DNA of 64,000 nt from Botryllus schlosseri (Eukaryota): positions 14,260,001-14,324,000 of the forward strand of contig CM119381.1 in assembly GCA_051294905.1 (NCBI GenBank), written 5' to 3'. Position 1 is the stretch's first letter. Every line of letters begins with the position of its first letter. This document shows, one piece after another, positions 13,416 through 23,040 of this stretch. The notes beneath the pieces are model-generated. The model did no database searches and was not told the DNA's origin. It saw only the letters and a program-made list of their open reading frames with translations. The translations under genes were made by a program, and so were the position numbers.

Positions 13416-16049
13416 TTAAACTTGAAATTCATTGCACAACCAACGCATTATATGCTCTCCTTCTTTTTTCCAAAATTCAACATTTCGCATTATGTTATCA
13501 ATCGACTGACGAACAGTGCGTTCAGCAGTAGCTGGAGGGTGGTCTCGAAAGAACATCTCAACATCATCGGCCCTTTCTGCAGTTGTAAAATTCTCGGTGG
13601 TCATTTTGATCAATCTCGCCATCAGAAACATGCCCTTCAACATGTCATGAAGCTCGTCCCAATTCGATTTCAAGAACTGCCAAGCCAAACTTCTGCCAGC
13701 AGAACCACCCGTAGCGACAGCTCCGATAACGTCCACCTTGTTGTTCGATCGAACTTTGTCAGACATTGCGAATTTCAACACCTTGGCAAGTTCATTGGTA
13801 TCTTTGACGCATCCCAACGATTTCTGAATACGTTCCTTTTCTTCGTGAAGGTCAGAACTATCGTGGAGCTGCATCAATTCATCCAGTTCACTTCCGGACG
13901 CATTGGAAAGCACAATTTGATATACAGGCGATCTCAAATCAGCAATAAGAGTCTTCTTACCGGAAATATGTTCATTGAACCTTCTTCTCGCTTCAGCAAT
14001 GGTGCTCTCATGGCCGTATTTTCCTATACGTTGAATCAGCATGCTTCTTAGCATTGCATCCAAATGACCTTCACCGGGTCTTGCATCCCACCCAAGCATA
14101 TTCGAAACATTCTCGTATATTGACAATACATATGACTGGTATTTTGCATACACTTCAGGAAAATCGGACAGCAATATCGAAAGTTGCCCTATACTGCAGT
14201 CTATATCATTCCACACCGCATAGCTGGTCTCCTTTTTGAAAGACTTCAGTGCTTGAAGAAAACTGACGGGGCTTGACAACCCAGATAAGCTCAGTGCAGC
14301 GAGATCGTTTACAAGATTCAAGCGATCATAATCATTCACCCTATGCAATTCAACCCCGCTGGAAAGTGCTTGTAACATTGGTTCATCATACTGCACTCGA
14401 TAATAACCACAGCATTTTGAATTGATTGTTATCCAATCTCGTGGTACAACTCCTTCAATAACAACTTCATCTGCTTGCTTTTCCAAAAGAAAACAGCGTG
14501 TAAGAGCTTGATCACAATGATCAGTGTCCGTTACCCTGGAGAATGAAATTACAAGAGGAATTGACCAGAGTATAGGATCAGTAGATTTTCCTGTTGAATT
14601 TGTACAGAATTTACTTTGTGTCAGTTTCAGCGTGACACAACCTTCTGTATCGAATGATGATGATACATGAACTACAGGAAAACCCATTTCTTTGGTCCAA
14701 TTTTCCATAACTCTACAGACTGGCATGCTACTTGCCCGTTCAAGTGCATCCCATAAATCCTCTGTTGTAGTATTTCTGTATGCATGCCGGGTCAAATAGT
14801 TATTCATTCCATTTCGAAAACTTTCATCACCAATCCAGTGGTACAACATCCGAATTATCGATGCACCTTTGCTGTATGAAATAGCATCAAATATCTCATT
14901 CACATCATCAGGATGACCGATTGGCACTTCGATGGGGTGACTACTATGTAACGCATCCAGATCCAGCGCACGTTTGTATTCCTTTGACAAAAACAGTGAC
15001 CAAATGTTGTAATCTGGTAGGCAGTGATCCGTTGCTAAATACTGCATGAAAGACGCAAATCCTTCGTTCAGCCATAAATGAGTCCACCATTCCATCGTTA
15101 CTAAATTACCAAACCATTGGTGTGCTAGCTCATGGCATACAATCAAAGATACCCGCTGACGAGCTTCCGCAGAGGAGTTGTCAGGATCAATAAGAAGTGC
15201 AGTTTCACGATAAGTAATTAATCCCCAATTTTCCATCGCCCCGCAGCTAAAGTCTGCTATCGCTATCAAATCTAATTTCGGAAGAGGATACGGGATGTTG
15301 AAATACTCTTCGTAGTAATGAAGACACTTGAGAGCGATATCAAGAGCAAATTGCCCACGATATGATTTGCCTTTAGGAGTGTATACCCTAACAGGTATTC
15401 CATTGCCAGTTAGCTGTTCAACAAAATCGAACTCACCTATCACAACAGCCAAGAGATAGGTAGACATCATAGGAGTGGTAGCATATTTTAGCTGCTTCCA
15501 GCCAGAGTCTTCATAGTATTCCTCCTCTACAATGATATTCATGTTACTCAACGCATTCAATGCCTTGGGAACTACCAATGTTACATCAAACTTGGCTTTG
15601 ACGGCGGGTTCATCCCAACAAGGAAAGCATCTTCTGGCATCAGTAGCTGCGAACTGCGTTACCGCACCATATTTCTTTTCGTGACCCACTTCATATTGGT
15701 TACGGTAAAAGCCTTTCATCTTATTATTTAGAATTCCATCATAAGATATCTTCAGAGTTCCTTCGCCAACAGCAAGGCACTCATCAAACCTCACAGTCAT
15801 GGTCTCTTCATTTTCTTGTAATGATATCGAACCAGAAATAGGAGTTGAATCGTCGGCGGAAAATGTAGCAGATGAAGGCTGAATTTCTGCTGCATTCATG
15901 ATTATGGTGTCCGTAAGCTTGAGAATCTTTAGAGTGACCTCCACTTCTCCAGCGAATGTAAACTTTTGCAAGCATGGCTGCAGCCAAACACTATATTTAA
16001 TAGGCAGAATCCAGGATGGCAGCCGGGAGAAATCTTTGTTATTTGGCAT
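13416..16049 (-). CDS. NPEPPS: Puromycin-sensitive aminopeptidase-like paralogue B (M1 family), intronless CDS, 877 aa
   Basis: Uninterrupted ORF; probable start MPNNKDFSRLP at 16049 (the ORF-track extension to 16085 crosses a splice acceptor). GAMEN, HELAH-x18-E, SYSKGASII, ERAP1-C-like tail; no signal or TM segment. Confidence 0.93.
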   Translation of the reverse strand: MPNNKDFSRLPSWILPIKYSVWLQPCLQKFTFAGEVEVTLKILKLTDTIIMNAAEIQPSSATFSADDSTPISGSISLQENEETMTVRFDECLAVGEGTLKISYDGILNNKMKGFYRNQYEVGHEKKYGAVTQFAATDARRCFPCWDEPAVKAKFDVTLVVPKALNALSNMNIIVEEEYYEDSGWKQLKYATTPMMSTYLLAVVIGEFDFVEQLTGNGIPVRVYTPKGKSYRGQFALDIALKCLHYYEEYFNIPYPLPKLDLIAIADFSCGAMENWGLITYRETALLIDPDNSSAEARQRVSLIVCHELAHQWFGNLVTMEWWTHLWLNEGFASFMQYLATDHCLPDYNIWSLFLSKEYKRALDLDALHSSHPIEVPIGHPDDVNEIFDAISYSKGASIIRMLYHWIGDESFRNGMNNYLTRHAYRNTTTEDLWDALERASSMPVCRVMENWTKEMGFPVVHVSSSFDTEGCVTLKLTQSKFCTNSTGKSTDPILWSIPLVISFSRVTDTDHCDQALTRCFLLEKQADEVVIEGVVPRDWITINSKCCGYYRVQYDEPMLQALSSGVELHRVNDYDRLNLVNDLAALSLSGLSSPVSFLQALKSFKKETSYAVWNDIDCSIGQLSILLSDFPEVYAKYQSYVLSIYENVSNMLGWDARPGEGHLDAMLRSMLIQRIGKYGHESTIAEARRRFNEHISGKKTLIADLRSPVYQIVLSNASGSELDELMQLHDSSDLHEEKERIQKSLGCVKDTNELAKVLKFAMSDKVRSNNKVDVIGAVATGGSAGRSLAWQFLKSNWDELHDMLKGMFLMARLIKMTTENFTTAERADDVEMFFRDHPPATAERTVRQSIDNIMRNVEFWKKEGEHIMRWLCNEFQV

Positions 16050-17113
16050 TTTATTTTTCACACCTGTGGAACAGAAACATCTCAAAGTGAAACGAATTTA
16101 CAATCATTCGCAGAAATGATCCAATGGATTTATGGTTCACAAGAATATCACCACTAAACTCTAAACAAATATTCATTCACGTTTAGGAATATTTTCATAA
16201 TAGGGTGCACAATATGTAACAAAATGTAGTAGGCCTATCACATAGGACTAAGAAATCATGCCAATCTATACCATAGCGAAACATAATATCTGGAATGAGA
16301 CTGTGGGATGAATTTCTTGAGAGCAAAGGTTTTGGGTAAGATTCGTGCTTTCGCTCATATTTTCCGGTGTTATAGTAGCAAGTAATCATACAACATTAAT
16401 ACAGAAAAATCGATCCACATTCTCGTGAAAGTGACATGTTCATTGTGCCAAATTAACCAAAAAGATTACTACTGCTAGGAAATATTTCCAGCTAACAAAA
16501 TCAAGCAGGTCCGGCGCGTAGGCTTCAGCACGCCCACACAAGATCACCCACTTGTTATCCAATATACACCCATCAACAGACATGGTCCAATCAGTTCTCT
16601 GTATTACTCTATTATCGTTGTTTATCTCATCAAATTGTTCCTAAGTCAGCAATCCAATAAACTGCTGACAAGCTGAGAAAAGTGACATTTCCGCACCTCA
16701 CTACAATGTAGATATAGATATATCAACCATGAGCTACCAACATTTTTCTGCGTTCAAGTGACCTTGTACTGTAACCAGATACTCAACAGCATAAGTCAAC
16801 TTCTTGACACTCGAGTATCAACACTTTCTTCCACAACATAGTCAGGTAAGAGCAAGTGTCTCCAACATACAATATTGCTCACCATAATTTATTTTACTAA
16901 TCAGAACATAATGAAATGGAACGAACAACGAAAACTCAATCAACTACAATTGCATTGCCACACTTTAGATGAGTCCTGTGACGGCGATTCCACAATCGTC
17001 TCATAGAAAGCGAGGACACCGACGGAAAAAATTATTCTGGCTACGTGTTGATTTTATCTCAAAGTAGAGCAGGAGCTAAAATCGGTTGGCACTGCATTTT
17101 TCGAACAGGAAAG

Positions 17114-19726
17114 TTACTGTTTGCAAAACCATTCCGATATCTCTTTTCTGTCTCGTCCCCACCATTCCACGTTCTTCCGGATACTATCGAGAGACTGACG
17201 CACGGTGCGCTCAGCCGCAGCAGGAGGATGTTCATTGAAAAATACCTCTACGTCCTCAGCCTGTTCGGCAGTGGTAAAATTCTCGGTCGTCATCCTGACC
17301 AGTCTGGAGATGAGGAACGTCCCTTTGTACATGTCATGCAGCTCGTCCCAATTGGATTTCACAAAGCGCCAAGCGATATCTCTGCCGACTGCGCTGCCAC
17401 ACCCGACGGACCCGATAACAAAGACTTTGTCGTTGGACCGGACGTTGTCAGACATTGCGAATTTTAGCACTTTGTCGAGATCGTCAGTTCGCGACACGCT
17501 ACCCAGCGACCTTTCGATCCTTTCTTTCTCTTCATGCAAGTCGGCGCTGTTATGGAACTTGATTAAATCGTCTAGCTCGTCACCTTCCGCGTTGGCGAGA
17601 ACTATCTGGTACACGGGCGATCTCAAATCTGCCGAGAGACTGGCTTTGCCGGACATGTGATCTTGATACCTTTTTTTCGCCTCGGCGATCGTGTCTTTAT
17701 GACCGAACTTCCCGATACGTCGTATTACCATGCTCCTCAACATGGCACCGGCGTGCCCATCGTCGGGTTTTGCATCCCATCCCAGCTTTTTGGCGATGCC
17801 TTCGTACAAGGAAATCACGTAAGACTTAAACTTGGAAAGTACTTCGGGTGAATCCCACAGCAAAATGCTAAGTTCTCCGATGTTGCAATCAAGGTCGTTC
17901 CATACGGCGTAGCTAGTTTCGTTTTTGAAGGACGTCAATGATCGAAGAAAATCAACCGTGCTCGACACCCCGGATGAAGCCAATGCAAACAGATCATTGA
18001 CGAGGTTCAATCGATCAAGATCCATCAAGCTATTCGTTTCGACTGCCCTCTGCAGAGCTTCAAGCATTTCCTTACTGTACTGAGCACGATAGAATCCGCA
18101 ACATTGCGAATTCATCTTGATCCAACTGCCTTTTGAAACACCGTCGAGGACGATCTCCTCTGTCTCCTTGTCCATCAAAAATCGTTGAGCTTCCGAGTGA
18201 GGAGATTTCGGGGTCGCAACGATGAGAGGGATTGACCAGACTTTCTTGCCTGATGCAGTCGTAGAGTTTTGCCTGGCACAAAACTTGCGCTGAGTAAGTT
18301 TCAAGGTGAGAGCGCCTTCCGTCTGACATGACGACGACACGCCAATCACTGGAAATCCCATTTCCTTTGTCCACGACTCCATTACTTTGTTCACCGGCTT
18401 GCCGCTTGCTTCACCTAAAGCTTGCCACAGATCTTCGGTTGCAGCATTTTGATACGAGTGTTTCGTCAAGTAATCGTGCATTCCCTTCCTGAAGCCTTCG
18501 TCGCCAATCCAATTGTACAACATTCTAATTATCGACGCGCCTTTTTGGTAGGAGATTGCGTCAAATATTTCATCGATTTCATCCGGATGATGAACTGGGA
18601 CTTCGATGGGATGGCTGTTGTCAATTGCGTCTAAATCCAACGCACGCTTAAAGTCGTGCGCAACAAATTGTGTCCATATATTATAATCTGGCAGGCAGTG
18701 GTCTGTAGCTAAATACTCCATGAAAGTTGCGAAACCTTCGTTGAGCCACAAATGCGTCCACCATTCCATCGTCACTAAGTTGCCGAACCATTGGTGAGCC
18801 AGCTCGTGACACACGACCAAGGCTACCCACTGACGAGCATGAGCGGACGAGTTGGCTGCATCGATTAGAAGCGCGGTTTCTCGATAGGTGATTAAGCCCC
18901 AATTTTCCATGGCACCGGCACAGAAGTCGGCAATTGCTACCAGATCCATTTTCGGGAGTGGGTACGGAATCTTGAAGTAGTCTTCGTAGTAATGCAGGCA
19001 TTTCACAGCGACATCAAGGGCGAACTCCCCACGGAACGATTTACCTTTAGCGGTGTACACTCGGACAGGTATTCCATTATTTGAATGATTTTCGATGTAG
19101 TCAAACTCGCCAATCACAATTGCTAAGAGGTACGTTGACATGATAGGGGTTGTTGCATATTTGATAAGCTTCCAATTCGAATCCTCCTTGTACTCTTCCT
19201 CGTGTATGATATTCATATTGCTCAGGGCACAGAGCTCCTTCGGAACAGCCAGAGTAACGTCAAATGTAGCTTTTAGAGCCGGTTCGTCCCAACACGGAAA
19301 ACATCTTCGTGCATCAGTAGCTTCGAATTGCGTCACAGCACCAAACTTTTTCACTCCATCCACCTCATATTGATTACGGTAAAATCCTTTCATCTTATCA
19401 TTCAAAATACCTTCGAACGAGATCTTCAAGACTGCATTGCCAAGAGGAAGAGGTTTGTCAAACTTCATTGCCATGGTCTCTTCTTTTTCTTGCACAGATA
19501 TGGCAGCCGGCGAAAATGTGACATCGTTGGCGCAAAATTCAGCAGATCCAGGCTTAATTTCGGCGGAATTAACGATTATCGTATCGGTGGGTTCATTGAC
19601 TTTGACGCAAACATCAACCTTACCAGCGAATGTGAATGTTTTGAAACATGGCTTCAACCACACACTGTAGTTGATGGGCGATACGCAGCCCGGAAGTCGT
19701 GAAAATTCTTTCTTGCCAGCAGACAT
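17114..19726 (-). CDS. NPEPPS: Puromycin-sensitive aminopeptidase paralogue A (M1 family), intronless CDS, 870 aa
   Basis: Uninterrupted ORF MSAGKKEFSRLP...; QFEATDARRCFPCWDEP, GAMENWGLITYRE, RQWVALVVCHELAHQWFGNLVTMEWWTHLWLNEGFA, SYQKGASII. AATAAA ~220 nt past the stop. Confidence 0.95.
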   Translation of the reverse strand: MSAGKKEFSRLPGCVSPINYSVWLKPCFKTFTFAGKVDVCVKVNEPTDTIIVNSAEIKPGSAEFCANDVTFSPAAISVQEKEETMAMKFDKPLPLGNAVLKISFEGILNDKMKGFYRNQYEVDGVKKFGAVTQFEATDARRCFPCWDEPALKATFDVTLAVPKELCALSNMNIIHEEEYKEDSNWKLIKYATTPIMSTYLLAIVIGEFDYIENHSNNGIPVRVYTAKGKSFRGEFALDVAVKCLHYYEDYFKIPYPLPKMDLVAIADFCAGAMENWGLITYRETALLIDAANSSAHARQWVALVVCHELAHQWFGNLVTMEWWTHLWLNEGFATFMEYLATDHCLPDYNIWTQFVAHDFKRALDLDAIDNSHPIEVPVHHPDEIDEIFDAISYQKGASIIRMLYNWIGDEGFRKGMHDYLTKHSYQNAATEDLWQALGEASGKPVNKVMESWTKEMGFPVIGVSSSCQTEGALTLKLTQRKFCARQNSTTASGKKVWSIPLIVATPKSPHSEAQRFLMDKETEEIVLDGVSKGSWIKMNSQCCGFYRAQYSKEMLEALQRAVETNSLMDLDRLNLVNDLFALASSGVSSTVDFLRSLTSFKNETSYAVWNDLDCNIGELSILLWDSPEVLSKFKSYVISLYEGIAKKLGWDAKPDDGHAGAMLRSMVIRRIGKFGHKDTIAEAKKRYQDHMSGKASLSADLRSPVYQIVLANAEGDELDDLIKFHNSADLHEEKERIERSLGSVSRTDDLDKVLKFAMSDNVRSNDKVFVIGSVGCGSAVGRDIAWRFVKSNWDELHDMYKGTFLISRLVRMTTENFTTAEQAEDVEVFFNEHPPAAAERTVRQSLDSIRKNVEWWGRDRKEISEWFCKQ

Positions 19727-21120
19727 CTTCTTCACAATATGTAAATTACTATAAGCTAGGAAAATATGAAACAGAAAGAAAGATGTTTATAGTTTAAAGA
19801 ACAAGTGCTAATATTTGCTTACTTTGGTGAAGGACAAGGGACAAAATAGTTTCAACTACAACTGACCAGTTTTAACAGAACAGAGTGCATGTCTCTTTTC
19901 AACTTTATAGGTATAATTGACTATTATATATGCAACTGAGAGTATTATAAAATGTGCTACAAGTTAAACGCGTAGAGAACACAAAGATGATTAGCATTGA
20001 AATCGACAAGTGGATAAGAAAAAAGAGCAGAGACAGCGGCATCGACTGTTCCCATATAAGCATCAATAGATCTGAATTATTGACTGGAACTAAACCTCAA
20101 GACCGGAATCGTGGTTTCCTCTACAATGTTTGGATTTATTGAATAAATATAAATAAATTTCAAATTTTACTGGGTAGGCTACTCCATGAAATTATTGGGT
20201 TGTCTGAAATCTTTTTTAATAATAATTTAAATTCACTCTCTTCCAAATGTTGCGCAGTTGGTCTCATTCTCAGACGTCATATACTCATATTTCAGTGAAA
20301 CACGGCGGTTCTTGTTCCCACACGCGCAACTAATTATTGCAAATGTACTTGATCACATCCCGCCCAGAACGTGATGCAAGTGATACACTCTACAGCAGAT
20401 TTTGTGGCCGGTATAATTTGATCATCCCCGGATAAAATATCATTATCATTATTATGATTACATGAACACGAACAGCCTGGCTACGATTCAATCTTCTATA
20501 TATTACCAACGTACCCTACATTACCTGGATCTGGATATAGGCCTAAATATCATATTTGTCTACTAAAGTTTTGCGTAAAGTTATTCTGGTTTTAGTTAAC
20601 ATCCGTTTAAGCAAATACCGTCCTTGTTCATACGTACTTTTCCAGAAAAAGTTCAACTCAAACTATACCAAATACGGTGTAAAACACCAAGAGATAGACT
20701 ACAACACTGTTGGCACCGGCACTGCAACTGTACTATAGTCGTCTACTCGACTCGTCTGACGTATTCGACCAACCGTACCGAGCCGCGGCTCCTCGGCTCG
20801 GATGGAAGCGAAGCACTCAGAGAACAGTTACTTTTGAAAGCCATTCATAGACAACTAGACATTTAGACAATGAAGTCGTGGTTTTCATACCATACCAGGG
20901 AGTCGTTTGCGTTTCTCTCCGCGATCGCAATCGACGCAAAGGTACTGACTGTTGTCTGGGCGAATGTACTGACCCTTTTATTATAAGTAATCAGCTTCCA
21001 AATAGGTCTTGCGTGGGTCCGATATAAGGTGCTGAGCTTTTTTTAGTAATCTGCATCTCCAAATAGGCCGTGAACAGGGGCGAAGGGGCTGACCTTTCCT
21101 ATTTAAGTAATCAGTTAACC

Positions 21121-21479
21121 CAGTGGTTCCCTACCTTTTTCGACTCATCGCCCCCTTTTTTCAAGCTCAACGCCGATCGTCGCCCCCCAGATTTTGTGAA
21201 CCGAAAAATCGGTATACAATCTGTAATCATCGGCAGGTTGACTAAAAAAAAAAGGTCAACTTTTCGGCTCGCTGTCGAATTTTACCCTTTTTCAACTAAA
21301 TTTCCGCGGGTTGACTAAAAAAAAAGGTCTTTCTCCTACTTCACTCAAATATAGCCGTTTTAACGCGTCATCGCCCCCTGTCGCCCCCTTTGTCCATTTT
21401 CGCCCCGCTATCGCCCCCCTAGGCCGCCAAATCGCCCCCTGGGGGGGGGGGGCGATATCGCCCACGTTGGGAACCACTG
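21121..21479. mobile_element. hAT MITE (359 bp)
   Basis: TIRs CAGTGGTTCCC / GGGAACCACTG; perfect TSD AGTTAACC (21113-21120, 21480-21487); internal ATCGCCCCC repeats. Confidence 0.9.
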
Positions 21480-21909
21480 AGTTAACCAAATCTATACTTT
21501 TGGGTCGCGGATGATTTTCAAATAGTAGATTCGATGATGAACACAAAAAGGTTGAAAATCACTGCAATAAAGTATTACGCCTATACCGACGGATGATGTC
21601 TCCATCAAATGCCGACAGACGACAAGTAGGCAATATCTATAAGATAGTGTAAGGTGAAGCGTCCAGCTATTTGATCGGCGGGCCATGGATTCGATCTTTC
21701 ATCTACACATTCCCTTGTCTCTAGCGGCACATATGCACATGCACAATGCACATCATGCACTCATGGTATGCAATGCATGCACTTGCACATATCGTGTGTA
21801 CGTACGTAGGCCTATATCATGAATCGGCGTATATGCCACAAAAATATTCGTCCTAAATGCGACTTCAATGCACATTTGACAGTACCTATAACTACGCGAG
21901 TCCAGGCTG

Positions 21910-22000
21910 AATAGTTGAATACCCGTCACTTACCTCTTCTATTAATGATAGAAAATAGTTGAATACCCGTCACTTACCTCTTCTATTAATGATAGAAAAT
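21910..22000. repeat. Exact 44-bp tandem duplication
   Basis: AATAGTTGAATACCCGTCACTTACCTCTTCTATTAATGATAGAA occurs twice, starting at 21910 and 21954. Confidence 0.95.
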
Positions 22001-23040
22001 ATATTCTTGGTTTAGTTTATCGCTACAGAACCTTCGCCCGCGGGCAAGTCATCAAGCAATGATTGGTTGTGAGGGCGCAGCGACTGCACATTATTTACAA
22101 ATTCATTGTTTGTGGTATTCATTGTGTTTTTCTACACAATGGGCATTTAGCCTACATCATGCCGATATTCTCTATTTTGATACTGTAGCTGCCTACTTGT
22201 AGGACAACCCACTCCTAAGCTTTAGACAACGCTTATGCGCATCAGATATGGCGAGGAGCCTAGAGATAAACCTCCAACACTTGGGAGGGTATTCCAGGAA
22301 TCGATCTCGAACCCGCAATCTGCGGGTGTTGCAGTAGTGGATCACTTGTACCATTGTAATGAATGAAACAATGTGACGCTTACGACCACATTATATACCG
22401 ATTGTAAGATTGTGGTTTATTCAATATGGACGATTGGATGAACTTGTATATCTTGGGATGCTCGGTAGTTTTAGAAGGATAATTGAAGCAACAAATCCTA
22501 ACTATAATAAAATGAACAGCTCCTAATATCTACTTAGCAACTCGATGAACACTTCTTTCAAAAATAAACGTGTTATCGTACAAATGCATGTTTTAACAGA
22601 ATAGCCGGAAGAATAACAACACTGCTAAGAAGAAGAGTCAGACGGACACACTCAAGTGTCAAAAATATTTCAATTAATCAGTCGAAGCAAAATCCACACG
22701 GCACACAGTGATAAGTCACATGTTTAAGGTCACCAATCCAAGTTGAGTGGCAACAGTAAAACTATACTAGTTTGAGAGAAGAATACTATAAACAAACAGC
22801 AGCTATAAATTAGTGAAAATTGATAGAAAACATGGAATCCTTTGCAAGCTGCAATAAAAATCTTGGCATGCAGGAAAAGTAACAGTTAGGATACTTCAGA
22901 TTGTAATAGTCTTTGTCAAAAGTTTATCCACTATTATTGTATGAATTTAGCTTGCACATCTTTGTAAGACAACGAAAACCGGGCGTACATCTCCCATCAT
23001 CTTGATTTACACTCCAGAGCAATAAAGAATCACGGTGATC

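Noticed and set aside
16050-16085. N-terminal extension MRCFCSTGVKNK of aminopeptidase B
   Set aside because: It spans a polypyrimidine tract and AG acceptor; the paralogue aligns from the ATG at 16049.
13422-19702. Plus-strand ORFs (13422-14051, 17045-17467, 17205-17660, 19328-19702 etc.)
   Set aside because: Antisense shadows of the two aminopeptidase CDSs.
22193-22354. 53-codon minus-strand ORF (MVQVIHYCNTRR...) between DNAAF8 and aminopeptidase A
   Set aside because: No recognisable motif, and the length is compatible with chance.
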